From Candidatus Bathyarchaeota archaeon (GTDB lineage Archaea; Thermoproteota; Bathyarchaeia; Bathyarchaeales; Bathycorpusculaceae): a stretch of 64,000 nt of DNA. Below, one piece after another: positions 1-10,059 of this stretch. The stretch spans positions 631,273 to 695,272 of the forward strand of contig CAWHXY010000007.1 in assembly GCA_963833575.1 (NCBI GenBank), given 5' to 3'. Position 1 is the stretch's first letter; each line of letters opens with the position of its first letter. Below the pieces are notes generated by a model. That model saw nothing but the letters and a program-made list of their open reading frames with translations, ran no database searches and had not been told where the DNA came from. Made by a program: the position numbers and the translations under genes.

Positions 1-299
1 TTGATAGTTTTATTCCATTGCATATTGCCTAAAGAATCAAGCTTGTAGAGAATTGCAGGAGTAAAAAAGGTCTGGTAGAACTTGGCGCAATCTAAAAAGG
101 CGTATCCACCATCACTTGTTTGAATCAAATTAGAAACTAATTGAGTATTTCCTGACCCATATAATTTTTGCCATTGGGTGGCAGGAAAGGAAGTGGTGCT
201 TGAGGTTTGGGCTGAAACTAAAGTAAATTGAAGAATTATTAAAGATATTATGAAAACAGCAACGAGGAATGAATCGAAACTTTTGCTTAAACTACGCAT
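1..299 (-). CDS. Secreted or surface protein with beta-propeller-like repeats (partial, runs off the left edge)
   Basis: Not in the ORF track. Manual translation gives MRSLSKSFDSFLVAVFIISLIILQFTLVSAQ...QTSDGGYAF...KLDSLGNMQWNKTI, a signal peptide followed by repeat motifs. Confidence 0.75.
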   Translation of the reverse strand, partial: MRSLSKSFDSFLVAVFIISLIILQFTLVSAQTSSTTSFPATQWQKLYGSGNTQLVSNLIQTSDGGYAFLDCAKFYQTFFTPAILYKLDSLGNMQWNKTI

Positions 300-341
300 A
301 ATTACACAAAAGAATCGTATTCGATAAAAGCCTATTCGTAA

Positions 342-382
342 AAGTTCCTTGACCGAGTTTAGTCAAGGTTTCTTGACTTGAC
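342..382. repeat. CTTGAC-N8-GTCAAG-N4-CTTGAC palindromic motif, copy 1
   Basis: aagttccttgaccgagtttagtcaaggtttcttgac, with a near-identical copy at 31003-31038. Confidence 0.7.
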
Positions 383-541
383 TGTTTTCGAGCCACCGTT
401 TAGCGTTGAACTAAAACTCTCCGGCAATTCAGGTGGGGAATCAAATTGAACCCACGTAGCAGTGGAAACTTTCCTTGAATCTCTTTTACTGAAATTAGGG
501 TTTGAAATTTGTTGCGGGCTAGTGGCAAACATATTTGATTG

Positions 542-1117
542 TTAAGATTTGAGTTTTTTTAGCAGCCAAGCTATATTTTGGCCTAAGTCATCCATTGTTT
601 GCATGGCTTCGTTATCTTTTTCAACATCGCCTTTGTTTAAGCCTATTCCTATATTCCAATAGGATGAGCCAGGAATTATCATCTCGCTAATGAGAAAGAA
701 ATGATTTATAGCATCAAATGTCGGAATTGCACCTGCCCTTCGAACTGCAACAACTGCGGCACCAACTTTTCTCCTAAATAAATCAGAATTAGCTCGACTG
801 ACAAATCCTGAACGATCAATAAGAGCTTTCAATTCAGAAGACATCATTGAAAAATAAGTTGGAGAACCAAGGATAATTCCATCTGCCGCAACCATCTTTT
901 CGATATATAGGTTAACATTATCGTTTACAATTTTGCATTGCTTATTTTTGATTTTGAAGCATACACCGCAAGCTGTGCAACCGTGAATTTGCTCGCCTGC
1001 TAACTGAATTAGTTCGGTTTCTATTCCTTCACTTTCAAGAACCTGCAAGACCCGGCGAATCAAAATAGCAGTGTTTCCATCTTTCCGTGCGCTTCCATTA
1101 AAAGCAACAACCTTCAT
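542..1117 (-). CDS. Iron-sulfur flavoprotein (NADPH-dependent FMN reductase/flavodoxin family)
   Basis: [12 protein letters not shown] loop, CTACGVC...C cluster motif, GSPTYF. Confidence 0.9.
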   Translation of the reverse strand: MKVVAFNGSARKDGNTAILIRRVLQVLESEGIETELIQLAGEQIHGCTACGVCFKIKNKQCKIVNDNVNLYIEKMVAADGIILGSPTYFSMMSSELKALIDRSGFVSRANSDLFRRKVGAAVVAVRRAGAIPTFDAINHFFLISEMIIPGSSYWNIGIGLNKGDVEKDNEAMQTMDDLGQNIAWLLKKLKS

Positions 1118-1166
1118 TTTACAAACCTCTAAATGTAGCTTAGAGATTTAGGATAAAAAAGTAGCG

Positions 1167-2099
1167 TCAAGAAATTTTTCTCTTTCTCATCCGCTTAATG
1201 GTAAACACCGCCGCAAGCAACACCGCAGATAACGATATTCCAAAAACTATTGCTTCAACTGTTATCATTGATATTTGAGTAGATGATTTAATCGGACTTT
1301 GCATCAACGGAAACCGATCCCGATCTAAAACATCAATTGCATAGGGAGTATCGCCTATTCCATCATGATTTGTGTCGGTGCCATTATAATCGCTCCAGTA
1401 ATTTCCCTGTTTTCCATTATCCCAATTGTGCGGCGGCTCTGACATATTGTACGTTTTACATTGGCAACCGCTAAGTTGGACTTTATTGTTTTCAAAATCG
1501 TTTTGAAATACCATTATGTCGTTTGGGACTACCCCCGTATTGAAGCCCATAAATACGCCTCGCATATTGTCGGAAATGTAATTTTGTGATAATGTGGCAT
1601 TTGAGCCTGAAATCAATAATCCAACAATATTATCGGAGACAGTATTTCTGGTTACAGTATTGTTTTGGGTCCAGATGTACATGCCAATACTGAAGTTCTC
1701 GACGTTTAAGTTCTCAATTGTAATTCCATTTACGCTCTTATTTCCTAAGTCAATGCCTATAGTGTATTTGTCCAGGGTGTTTGGGTCTGGTCCAGTTCCT
1801 ATAACCCATATGTCTGTTGAGTTGCCGTTAAACGGACCCCTGAGCGTGTAGCCAGCGCCGTCAAGAACTGTATTACTTTTCAAGATTTTTATCGCTGCGT
1901 AAACGTTATCAATAAAAGTATAGATGTTTCCACTTCTCTGAATTGGCGCGGTGTCAGGGTAAATACTCCCGTCAGGTTGAATGAAAATTGTTGGTAGAAC
2001 CGGTTGCGCGTTGGCGGATTTAAATACAAATATTGGTGAAACGAGTGCTAAGAAGATCATTATTGAAACTTTAGTTTTCTGAGCTCTCAATTTCCTCAT
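1167..2099 (-). CDS. Membrane-anchored NosD/parallel beta-helix surface protein
   Basis: Signal peptide, Asn-rich beta-helix repeats, GNYWSDYNGTD..DGIGDTPY motif, C-terminal TM helix and basic tail. Confidence 0.85.
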   Translation of the reverse strand: MRKLRAQKTKVSIMIFLALVSPIFVFKSANAQPVLPTIFIQPDGSIYPDTAPIQRSGNIYTFIDNVYAAIKILKSNTVLDGAGYTLRGPFNGNSTDIWVIGTGPDPNTLDKYTIGIDLGNKSVNGITIENLNVENFSIGMYIWTQNNTVTRNTVSDNIVGLLISGSNATLSQNYISDNMRGVFMGFNTGVVPNDIMVFQNDFENNKVQLSGCQCKTYNMSEPPHNWDNGKQGNYWSDYNGTDTNHDGIGDTPYAIDVLDRDRFPLMQSPIKSSTQISMITVEAIVFGISLSAVLLAAVFTIKRMRKRKIS

Positions 2100-3721
2100 T
2101 CACTATCTACCTTACCATCGTTCGAATTTATTAACCAGTTCCTAGACCTACAAACCGTTTTTCCAGCAAACTTAAACTGCAAACAATCCTCATATGGACA
2201 CATCTCAATGCAGCGCAAACACCAGATACACTGGGATGAAGCCACATCTCCACTTTTTTGCTCATACACTTCTTTGTCTTGGGTCGGGCAAACTCTCTTG
2301 CAAATACCACATTTCTTGCATTTCTCAGATTGCTTATTCAAGCGCACGCCGGAAATCCATTTGAACGGCGGAAACCTGTTAAACAGCGCTATCAAACCGC
2401 CTAAAGGGCAAATTCTACACCATGACCGCCTAAAGAAGAACGCAGCAATAGTGACAACGGCTAAAATAATTAGATTCTCAGAGGTTAAATAGAAACCAAG
2501 CTGGTAAAATGCGCCTCCAGTTGTTTGCGTGATCCAATCTGGCCTTTGCAAGCTCAATCCAACGTCTGCTAACATGCAAAATGGTTTCATAGGGCAAACT
2601 TGGCAAAACGGCGCTGAAAAGTAATTGTAGACAAAGCCTCCTTTTTGAGTTCCAGGCACCAATTGAGTTCCAGCAATGGCTTGTGAGCCGAAAATAATGC
2701 TGAGTATGATAATAAGCGCTAGGATAAGATAGCTTAACTGGTGAAATCGTTCGTTAAACTTGTCTGAAAAGCTTCTCCGCTTAATCCTTAATACTCTTCT
2801 TAAACGAGTCATCAAATCCAAATACAAGCCAAACGGGCAGACCCACCCACAGAAGATTCTTCCAAGAATAACAGCCGACACAATCACAACACCAAAAACT
2901 ATAGCTAATCTAGCCAAGCCAGTGGAGTCATAATGTACACCCCAACCTTCTCCAACATTAAAGAACGGGTAAAGATACGTTTGAATTTGCCAAAGAGCAC
3001 AAGTAACGGTTCTACCGCAAGGATAATAGCATCCGAAGAAGGGCACCGGCAGCCCATCAGGCAGTGATACTCCAAAGGCGCTAGTTGCAACCAGTGAACT
3101 ATGCGGAGACAGTTCCTCGATGGGCAAAGACAGGTATTGGTGGTCAATGAAGACGCCGAAGAAAATCAGAAATAAAACGCCTATCTGAAACAGGAGCCTA
3201 AACGAACTGATCTTTATGGTTTTATTTCTAACTCCCAAAACTGCTGTAGCAACACCTAAGCTAATCAAAGCCGCAGTTGCCCCAAATACCGAATAATTCG
3301 GATGATACACTAGCGGTATGGCAGGAGGAGGAGCAGTTGGGTTAGGGTTGGCTGGATCAGTTACCTGAGCGAATAATCTATCGGCAATAACGCCGTTTAT
3401 AGCAAAAATGTTCCAGTATCCAGCTGTATCGAGTTTTTCAGTAACACTAAAATTGCCAGTGGTAGGGTCAGATAAGACATCTTGCTCTAGGTATGAGAAG
3501 TCGGGTCGTGTATAAACTACTCTTACGTACTTATTTTCACCTGGCGGACAAATTTGCCCTGTTACGGTGACGGTCTGGTTAACGTTAATTTGGGTCACGT
3601 TTATGTTGGCTGTTACGCATGGGCCGTAGCAAGAGTTGGCTAGTTGAACATAATCTACGCTGACAAGGTAAGTGGTGATTATGATTGCAACAGTTAAACA
3701 GAGAACAGTTCGTCTTTTAAT
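2096..3721 (-). CDS. NapH/MauN/RdxA-like polytopic 4Fe-4S membrane protein with N-terminal extracellular domain
   Basis: FCGWVCPFG and WCRICPLG motifs, plus two C-terminal CxxCxxCxxxCP. The frame is open upstream of the track start (3598) to an ATT at 3721 that follows GGTGAGG, adding a signal peptide. Confidence 0.8.
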   Translation of the reverse strand: MKRRTVLCLTVAIIITTYLVSVDYVQLANSCYGPCVTANINVTQINVNQTVTVTGQICPPGENKYVRVVYTRPDFSYLEQDVLSDPTTGNFSVTEKLDTAGYWNIFAINGVIADRLFAQVTDPANPNPTAPPPAIPLVYHPNYSVFGATAALISLGVATAVLGVRNKTIKISSFRLLFQIGVLFLIFFGVFIDHQYLSLPIEELSPHSSLVATSAFGVSLPDGLPVPFFGCYYPCGRTVTCALWQIQTYLYPFFNVGEGWGVHYDSTGLARLAIVFGVVIVSAVILGRIFCGWVCPFGLYLDLMTRLRRVLRIKRRSFSDKFNERFHQLSYLILALIIILSIIFGSQAIAGTQLVPGTQKGGFVYNYFSAPFCQVCPMKPFCMLADVGLSLQRPDWITQTTGGAFYQLGFYLTSENLIILAVVTIAAFFFRRSWCRICPLGGLIALFNRFPPFKWISGVRLNKQSEKCKKCGICKRVCPTQDKEVYEQKSGDVASSQCIWCLRCIEMCPYEDCLQFKFAGKTVCRSRNWLINSNDGKVDSE

Positions 3722-3821
3722 GCAACCTCACCAACTGAGGTTCCTTCTAGACCTTTATTTGCTCATATGTTTTTGCAAATTACTGATCGGTTACTAGATA
3801 TGCACCTTTGAGGAGAAAGGC

Positions 3822-5111
3822 CTATTCAAGGTGATACGCTTCTTCTCCATGTTGACTGATATCTAATCCGTCTTCTTCTTCTTTTGGACTAACTCGCAGT
3901 GGCGAAAATACGTCTACTAACCGCAGGAGCAAGTAAGAGCCGCCAAAAGCGAAGGCAGAAACAACTAGTACTGCAAGTACTTGTACACCAAGCAGAACAA
4001 GGTTTCCATCAACTAATCCGTGGACGAGAGGATTCACCAAAGCGGTTGCGAACAAGCCCACAGCAATAGCGCCGATTATCCCGCCGATTCCATGGCACGC
4101 AAAAACGTCCAATGTATCATCTATTCTTGATCTCCCTGCTCGCCAGTTAGCTACCAAGTTAGAAACTATGCCTGCTACTAAACCAATAATCACTGCTGCC
4201 ATGAAGCTGACATATCCTGAAGCTGCAGTAATTGCTGCTAAACCGCATACTGCACCTACTGCAATACCTATCGCTGAAGGCTTGCCCTTTATTAGCCAAT
4301 CCATTATCATCCAACTTACGGCTGCAGCGGCAGCTGCCAAATTGGTAACAACTACAGCTGAAACAGCAAGATTGTCGGCTGCTAACGCGCTACCGCCGTT
4401 GAAGCCGAACCAGCCGAACCACAGTAGACCAGCGCCCAAAATTACATAGGGAATGTTTGTTGGTTTAAACTCCGTTCCCGCATTTGCCGGTTTACTTGCG
4501 CCTTTCTGGTCTAAGGCTTTAAGCTGATCTTTCCAATAAACGACGCCTTTTCTTCGGCCAACAACAAGAGCAGCCGCCAACGCTGATAATCCTGCAGCTA
4601 CGTGAACAACTATGCCGCCTGCAAAATCAACAGCACCCAACACATGAAGCCAACCGCCGACATTCCATATCCAGTGGGCAATCGGGGAGTAAACGAGAGT
4701 GGACCACAAAACAACAAAGATCAATAATGATTTGAATTTGATTCTTTCTGCACATGCCCCTATAATTAGGGCTGGTGTGATAGCTGCAAACTTGAGTTGG
4801 AATGCAAAGAATAGAATTTCGGGAATAAGTGGCGCGTAGGATGTGTTAACTGTGTTTATTGTTATGCCGTTTAATCCAAATAAGCTCGGGCTGAAACCTA
4901 TGATGCCACCTACAGTTTTTCCATAAACGAAGCTGTAACCCCAGAAGAACCAGACGAGGCTAACTACTGCAAAAATAATGATGCATTGAACAAGAGTAGA
5001 AACCAGGTTTTTTCTTCGAACTAAACCACCGTAAAAGAAAGCCAAGGCTGGAGTCATTAGCATTACTAGAGCTGTGGATGTTAGTACCCATGCGATGTCA
5101 GCTGCCGCCAT
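3822..5111 (-). CDS. amtB: Ammonium transporter (Amt), copy 1
   Basis: DFAGGIVVH, LWFGWFGFNGGS, DDTLDVFACHG, GLDISQHGEEAY. ATG at 5111 aligns with the start of copy 2. Confidence 0.95.
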   Translation of the reverse strand: MAAADIAWVLTSTALVMLMTPALAFFYGGLVRRKNLVSTLVQCIIIFAVVSLVWFFWGYSFVYGKTVGGIIGFSPSLFGLNGITINTVNTSYAPLIPEILFFAFQLKFAAITPALIIGACAERIKFKSLLIFVVLWSTLVYSPIAHWIWNVGGWLHVLGAVDFAGGIVVHVAAGLSALAAALVVGRRKGVVYWKDQLKALDQKGASKPANAGTEFKPTNIPYVILGAGLLWFGWFGFNGGSALAADNLAVSAVVVTNLAAAAAAVSWMIMDWLIKGKPSAIGIAVGAVCGLAAITAASGYVSFMAAVIIGLVAGIVSNLVANWRAGRSRIDDTLDVFACHGIGGIIGAIAVGLFATALVNPLVHGLVDGNLVLLGVQVLAVLVVSAFAFGGSYLLLRLVDVFSPLRVSPKEEEDGLDISQHGEEAYHLE

Positions 5112-5389
5112 TATCTCTCCCCTCTTTAGCGTTACTACTGATTGCTTGTTCATGCATCTTGGGAAAACTAATATTTAAACTAAGCATTCGATTCGATATT
5201 TGTTGTTATTATTGATAAATGCGCAGAAAAGCGCTTGCTTTACCGCCATTCTTTCAATATTTATTTTGAATGAAAGGATTTTATGGAAACATGTCCAAAA
5301 AAATGGGTTCAAAACTTCAGAATGTTCCAAGAAAAAAGTAAGTTAGAATTAAACTAAAAAAGAATATTTGTGAGGATTGGCTCGATCTC

Positions 5390-6679
5390 TCAATCGAGCT
5401 GATATGCTTCTTCGCCATGTTCGCTTAGGTCTAAGCCAGCGTCTTCTGCCTGTTCACTTACTCGTAGTGGTGAGAATATGTTCACCAATCTAAGCAATAA
5501 GTAGGAACCAAAGAACGCAAATGGAACTACTACGCCGACTGCTGCTAACTGAACAAGCAACTGATGTGGATTTCCGAAGAGAGCACCGTTAACGCCGGGA
5601 ACGCCTACTGTTGCACTGATAGCTGCTGAGGCGAAGAGTCCTGTTGCAATTGAACCCCATATTCCGCCGACACCATGGCAAGCAAACACATCTAGCGAAT
5701 CATCCACACGCGATCGGCCTGCTCTCCAATTTGCAACTAAGTTCGAGATAACTCCTGCTGCTAAGCCAATGATTAATGCTGATGAAACGCTGACGTACCC
5801 TGCTGCAGGTGTAATTGCGACCAATCCCACCACAGCTCCAACAGCGATACCTGTTGCTGAAGGTTTCCCTTTGATTACCCAGTCTGAAAGCATCCAACTT
5901 ACCGCAGCTGCCGCCGCCGCAAGATTTGTGGTTACAAGTGCTGAGACCGCTAAGTCATTTGCGGCTAACGCACTGCCCGCGTTGAAACCAAACCAGCCGA
6001 ACCACAGAAGTGCAGCGCCGAGCAAAACGTAAGGAATGTTTGTCGGTTTGAACTCGGTCGCGTTGTCTTTTTTGTCTAATGCTTTCATGGCGTTTTTCCA
6101 TGGGACCGCACATCCTTTTCTTCTGCCCACTACTAGTGCTGCGGCTAATGCCGAAAGGCCTGCTGAAATGTGGACTACGATGCCGCCTGCAAAGTCGATG
6201 GCTCCCAAGTTGTGTAGCCATCCGTTAGGGTTCCATACCCAGTGCGCTATTGGGACGTAGATAAGCGTAGACCAGAGAACCATGAATATGAGGAGCGATT
6301 TGAAGCGAATTCGTTCTGCGCAAGCGCCAATGATTAAGGCGGGTGTGATTGCTGCGAACTTTAGTTGAAATGCGAAGTATAGCAGTTCAGGGATTTGCGG
6401 CGCGAGTGATGTGTTAACCGCATGTATGTCTAGGCCGCTCATGCCTACTAAGCTTGGGCTAAAGCCGATTAAGCCGTTGATGCTGTTTCCAAAAACTAGG
6501 GCGTATCCCCAGAGTGCCCAGATAATGCTTACGACTGCGAATATTATGAAGCATTGTACGATTGTTGATACCAGGTTTTTCCTTCGTACTAGGCCTCCGT
6601 AGAAGAATCCTAGTGCTGGTGTCATTAGCATAACTAATGCTGTTGCCGTTAATACCCATGCTATGTCTCCTGATGCCAT
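5390..6679 (-). CDS. amtB: Ammonium transporter (Amt), copy 2
   Basis: Same Amt signatures; close paralogue of the adjacent gene. Confidence 0.95.
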   Translation of the reverse strand: MASGDIAWVLTATALVMLMTPALGFFYGGLVRRKNLVSTIVQCFIIFAVVSIIWALWGYALVFGNSINGLIGFSPSLVGMSGLDIHAVNTSLAPQIPELLYFAFQLKFAAITPALIIGACAERIRFKSLLIFMVLWSTLIYVPIAHWVWNPNGWLHNLGAIDFAGGIVVHISAGLSALAAALVVGRRKGCAVPWKNAMKALDKKDNATEFKPTNIPYVLLGAALLWFGWFGFNAGSALAANDLAVSALVTTNLAAAAAAVSWMLSDWVIKGKPSATGIAVGAVVGLVAITPAAGYVSVSSALIIGLAAGVISNLVANWRAGRSRVDDSLDVFACHGVGGIWGSIATGLFASAAISATVGVPGVNGALFGNPHQLLVQLAAVGVVVPFAFFGSYLLLRLVNIFSPLRVSEQAEDAGLDLSEHGEEAYQLD

Positions 6680-7088
6680 TTTTCATCTTCCTTTTGACAT
6701 TCGTTTAGTTCAGTAATTTTTGTCTATACAACTACACGGACTTATATTTAAAATATGCTCATATGAAACACATGTTTGCTTATTGGTGTGCAATCGTTTA
6801 CTTCAACATGCGTTAGCATTTTATCCATTCAATTTTTCAAGTAAACAAAGCCTCACATTAAAAAAACGTTCAAAACTAAGTCGAAAACTGGAATATCTTA
6901 AGGATTACAAAAAGCATGAAATTTAACCTGTTTCACAAATTTACAGATTTAAATAAAAACAATCATTGAAATGAGAAATAGCATCTGTAAAATCAAATTT
7001 TCTGCTCCAAAAACAAAACTAATAATTTCAAGTTTTACAAGAAAACTTATAATGTAACCCCCGTTTCTTTGGGTAAGGCGCACAAGAT

Positions 7089-7994
7089 ATGAAGTTTGGC
7101 ACATTTACTTTTCAACCCCAAAAACCTAAAGGTTTTGATTTTAGTGTTTTACGCGTAAAGCCTGAAACCGGAATAAGACTAACTCCAGTTCAAGACATGA
7201 ACAGTAACATTGCTATTTTTGCTGACAATGTCGCTGTGCAGAACCATCCTGATTGGATATCTCAGTCACCTTTGGGTCCTGCAAAAATGGGAAACGCCAA
7301 CTATAACATTTACTGGGACGTTGTATGTGCCACGCAGCCCCAGCACCGAGCTGAACAATTGAATTACATATCTGATGTTGACCGACAATCGCCCGGCATA
7401 TGGCTAAACAGTCAGTATTTTGCAGACCATGGACACTGCACTTGTACTAGATGCACTGAGCTATGGAAAAAAAGCGGTTTAAGCTGGTTTGAATGGCGAA
7501 GAAAAGAAGTCACCAATTACATGGCTGAAGTGAGAGAGGTAGTTAAAAAAGAACTTGTCTTAAGTATTCAACCTGATCCCATAAGCTCATATGAACGGTA
7601 TGGCGTAGATTTTGACGATTTGGCAAAGTACGCCGACGCTTTCAACGTTGTAATGTTCAGCAAAAACTACGCCACTCCCTGGTACTGGGAAATGCTTACC
7701 CGCGGATTTAAGAAACTGCTTAAAAAGCCATTCTACATTAGCCTCTACGTTTTTGGTCCAGGCGACATTCCAAAGGATGTACCAACTGCCTCAGAACTGT
7801 TAACTGTCACTGTGCGGTGTGCAAGAGTTGGCGCTGACGGTTTCCTTTTCCTCACCGATGGGGAAAGCCAGCTACGAGATTTCCAAAAAACAGCTCTCGA
7901 ACAAGTTGAACTAAGACAGAGACTAAGAAATTATGGTGGCAAGCCGGTACAGGAATTTCTCGATTTTGTCTCAAGTTGGGAAAAAACAATCTAA
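7089..7994 (+). CDS. Hypothetical glycoside-hydrolase-like TIM-barrel protein with CxCxxC
   Basis: HPDW, CTCTRC, W.EWRR and YGVDFDDL motifs resemble GHL/DUF187-type barrels. Confidence 0.55.
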   Translation: MKFGTFTFQPQKPKGFDFSVLRVKPETGIRLTPVQDMNSNIAIFADNVAVQNHPDWISQSPLGPAKMGNANYNIYWDVVCATQPQHRAEQLNYISDVDRQSPGIWLNSQYFADHGHCTCTRCTELWKKSGLSWFEWRRKEVTNYMAEVREVVKKELVLSIQPDPISSYERYGVDFDDLAKYADAFNVVMFSKNYATPWYWEMLTRGFKKLLKKPFYISLYVFGPGDIPKDVPTASELLTVTVRCARVGADGFLFLTDGESQLRDFQKTALEQVELRQRLRNYGGKPVQEFLDFVSSWEKTI

Positions 7995-8105
7995 TCTTTT
8001 TCTTAACGGAATTTCAGTTTCGACAAGTCGGTATCTTATTTAAAGATCCGTTATGTTTTTATTAAATCGTCAACACGATTAATTCAAGCTCTGGAGAATG
8101 TTAAT

Positions 8106-8741
8106 TTGGATTATACGTTTCTTTTAAATTTCATTTTACAATTAGGTAAAGCAGTGATTGCTTTATTCATAATTGTTGATCCATTTGGAAACATTCCCAT
8201 CTTTGTAGGCTTGACCGAGAATGTTCCTGAAGCACAAAGAAAAAAAATATACAACACCGCCGTAATAGTCGGGGTGATTCTATTGCTTGTTTTCGCTTTC
8301 ACTGGTCAAGGAATTTTAACTCTTTTCGGGGTCTCGTTTCCCAGTTTTTATATCGCAGGGGGAATTTTGTTATTAATTGTTTCCATTAGAATTTTAATAA
8401 CAGGTAGCATGCACGAGAATTTTGATTCTGTGGAGAGTTTAGGTGCAGTTCCCATAGCCATACCGCTTTTGGTAGGACCTGGCGCAATCACAACAACAAT
8501 ATTGGATCTTCAAATTTACGACATAACAATAACTGTTTTAGCAGTTATATTGGTCTTAGCTTTAACATGGATTATTCTAAGGCATATCAATCAATTTTAC
8601 AAATTATTGGGGAAAACTGGTTCTCTGGTTATAGCTAGAGTCATGGCACTACTTATTGCTGCGATTGCAGTTCAATATATCTTGACGGGGGTAACCCACT
8701 TTGGTAACTTGACGGGGGTAGCCCACTTAATAATTTTGTAA
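8106..8741 (+). CDS. MarC family integral membrane protein
   Basis: IIVDPFGNIP, IAGGILL, VPIAIPLLVGPGAIT. Confidence 0.9.
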   Translation: MDYTFLLNFILQLGKAVIALFIIVDPFGNIPIFVGLTENVPEAQRKKIYNTAVIVGVILLLVFAFTGQGILTLFGVSFPSFYIAGGILLLIVSIRILITGSMHENFDSVESLGAVPIAIPLLVGPGAITTTILDLQIYDITITVLAVILVLALTWIILRHINQFYKLLGKTGSLVIARVMALLIAAIAVQYILTGVTHFGNLTGVAHLIIL

Positions 8742-8851
8742 AAAGAAACCTTTATCCACTTGAAGGTTTGATGTGACTGCAAATCAACAATCACAGAAAG
8801 TTATAGCGTTGTGGGCGGAATATCATAATTATCTATTAGGAGAGTAGAAAA

Positions 8852-9088
8852 ATGGACGAAACGAGAAAATTTACGATGAATGAGTTAAGCAGTTATAATG
8901 GTAAAGGCGGAAAGCCTGCATATGTAGCCTTTAGGGGTAAGGTGTATGATGTGACAGAATCCAATATGTGGTTGGATGGTGACCACTTGGGCCATGTAGC
9001 TGGTGAAGATTTGACCATGGCGATGGACATTGCCCCACATGGTGAAGAAGTTTTAGAAAAGATGAAACTAGTCGGTATTTTAGGTTAA
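8852..9088 (+). CDS. Cytochrome b5-like heme/steroid-binding protein
   Basis: FT..EL..YNG.GGKPAYVA..GKVYDVT, H.AG.DLT, PHG. Confidence 0.9.
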   Translation: MDETRKFTMNELSSYNGKGGKPAYVAFRGKVYDVTESNMWLDGDHLGHVAGEDLTMAMDIAPHGEEVLEKMKLVGILG

Positions 9089-9316
9089 GCAAGCGGCTTT
9101 TTTTCAAATCATTTTGGAAGATTTGAGCAGAAATCGAAAAACTGATCAGTAGTTTTTCGTTGTCCAAGGGTCTGGTTTAATTAAAAAGAGGCCAGCTTTT
9201 TTTGCTCCTCCAAATTTTTTCTTTGTTTTCCGCATAACCAATTTAAGCAAGTTTAATCATTGGGAAATACAGTTCAACTCGTTTTCTAAAATTCAGAACT
9301 CTAGTTTTTTGCTATT

Positions 9317-10000
9317 ATGTTCAAAAGTGAGAAAATGGAAAAAAGAAAAAATAATAAAATAATAATTTTTGCAGCCATTATAGTAGTCGCAATTTTACTT
9401 GTTGCAATTGTGGCTCTATACGTGCAAAACACACCCAAAACGTTGTATCCAACAGAAATCCGCCAATATCAAGGCCAAAACCTCTCCTCAATAAACAGCG
9501 TTTACGAAAATGCAATTAAAGGAACACAACACATTAACCAAACAACATATGAGTTAACGGTAACAGGGCTTGTGAACAAAACAATTCAGAGTAGTTACGA
9601 CGAAGTGGTAAACAATCACCAATCGTACCAGAAGGTTGTTACAATTTATTGTGTTGAAGGATGGAACGCAAAAATTCTTTGGGAAGGCATTCTCGTGAAA
9701 GATTTGTTGCAAGAAGCAGGAGTCAGCCAAAATGCATCAGTAGTTATTTTTCATGCTTCAGACGGATACACGACTGCGCTTCCAATGGACTACATAATTC
9801 AAAATAACATAATGATTGCTTACAAAATGAACGGAGTAACTTTGACGCCGCAGATAGGGTGGCCTTTCATGCTTGTAGCCGAAAGCAAGTATGGGTACAA
9901 ATGGATTAAATGGGTAACGGAAATTGAGGCTTCAAACAATACAAACTATCTGGGTTATTGGGAAAGCAGAGGTTATCCAAATAGCGCAACCTTACCATAA
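9317..10000 (+). CDS. Membrane-anchored molybdopterin-dependent oxidoreductase (sulfite oxidase/MsrP-like)
   Basis: L.VTGLV, IYCVEGW (Mo-ligand Cys), DGYTT.LP, AYKMNG, YGYKWIKWV. Confidence 0.85.
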   Translation: MFKSEKMEKRKNNKIIIFAAIIVVAILLVAIVALYVQNTPKTLYPTEIRQYQGQNLSSINSVYENAIKGTQHINQTTYELTVTGLVNKTIQSSYDEVVNNHQSYQKVVTIYCVEGWNAKILWEGILVKDLLQEAGVSQNASVVIFHASDGYTTALPMDYIIQNNIMIAYKMNGVTLTPQIGWPFMLVAESKYGYKWIKWVTEIEASNNTNYLGYWESRGYPNSATLP

Positions 10001-10059
10001 AAGAAACACAATTTCAAATAAACAATAAATAAAACCCTACCGAATAGTAATTTCAAAAC

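Noticed and set aside
5160-5390. NrpR operators (GGAA-N6-TTCC) upstream of the amt genes
   Set aside because: Only partial matches such as ggaaacatgtcc were seen, with no canonical site upstream of either gene.
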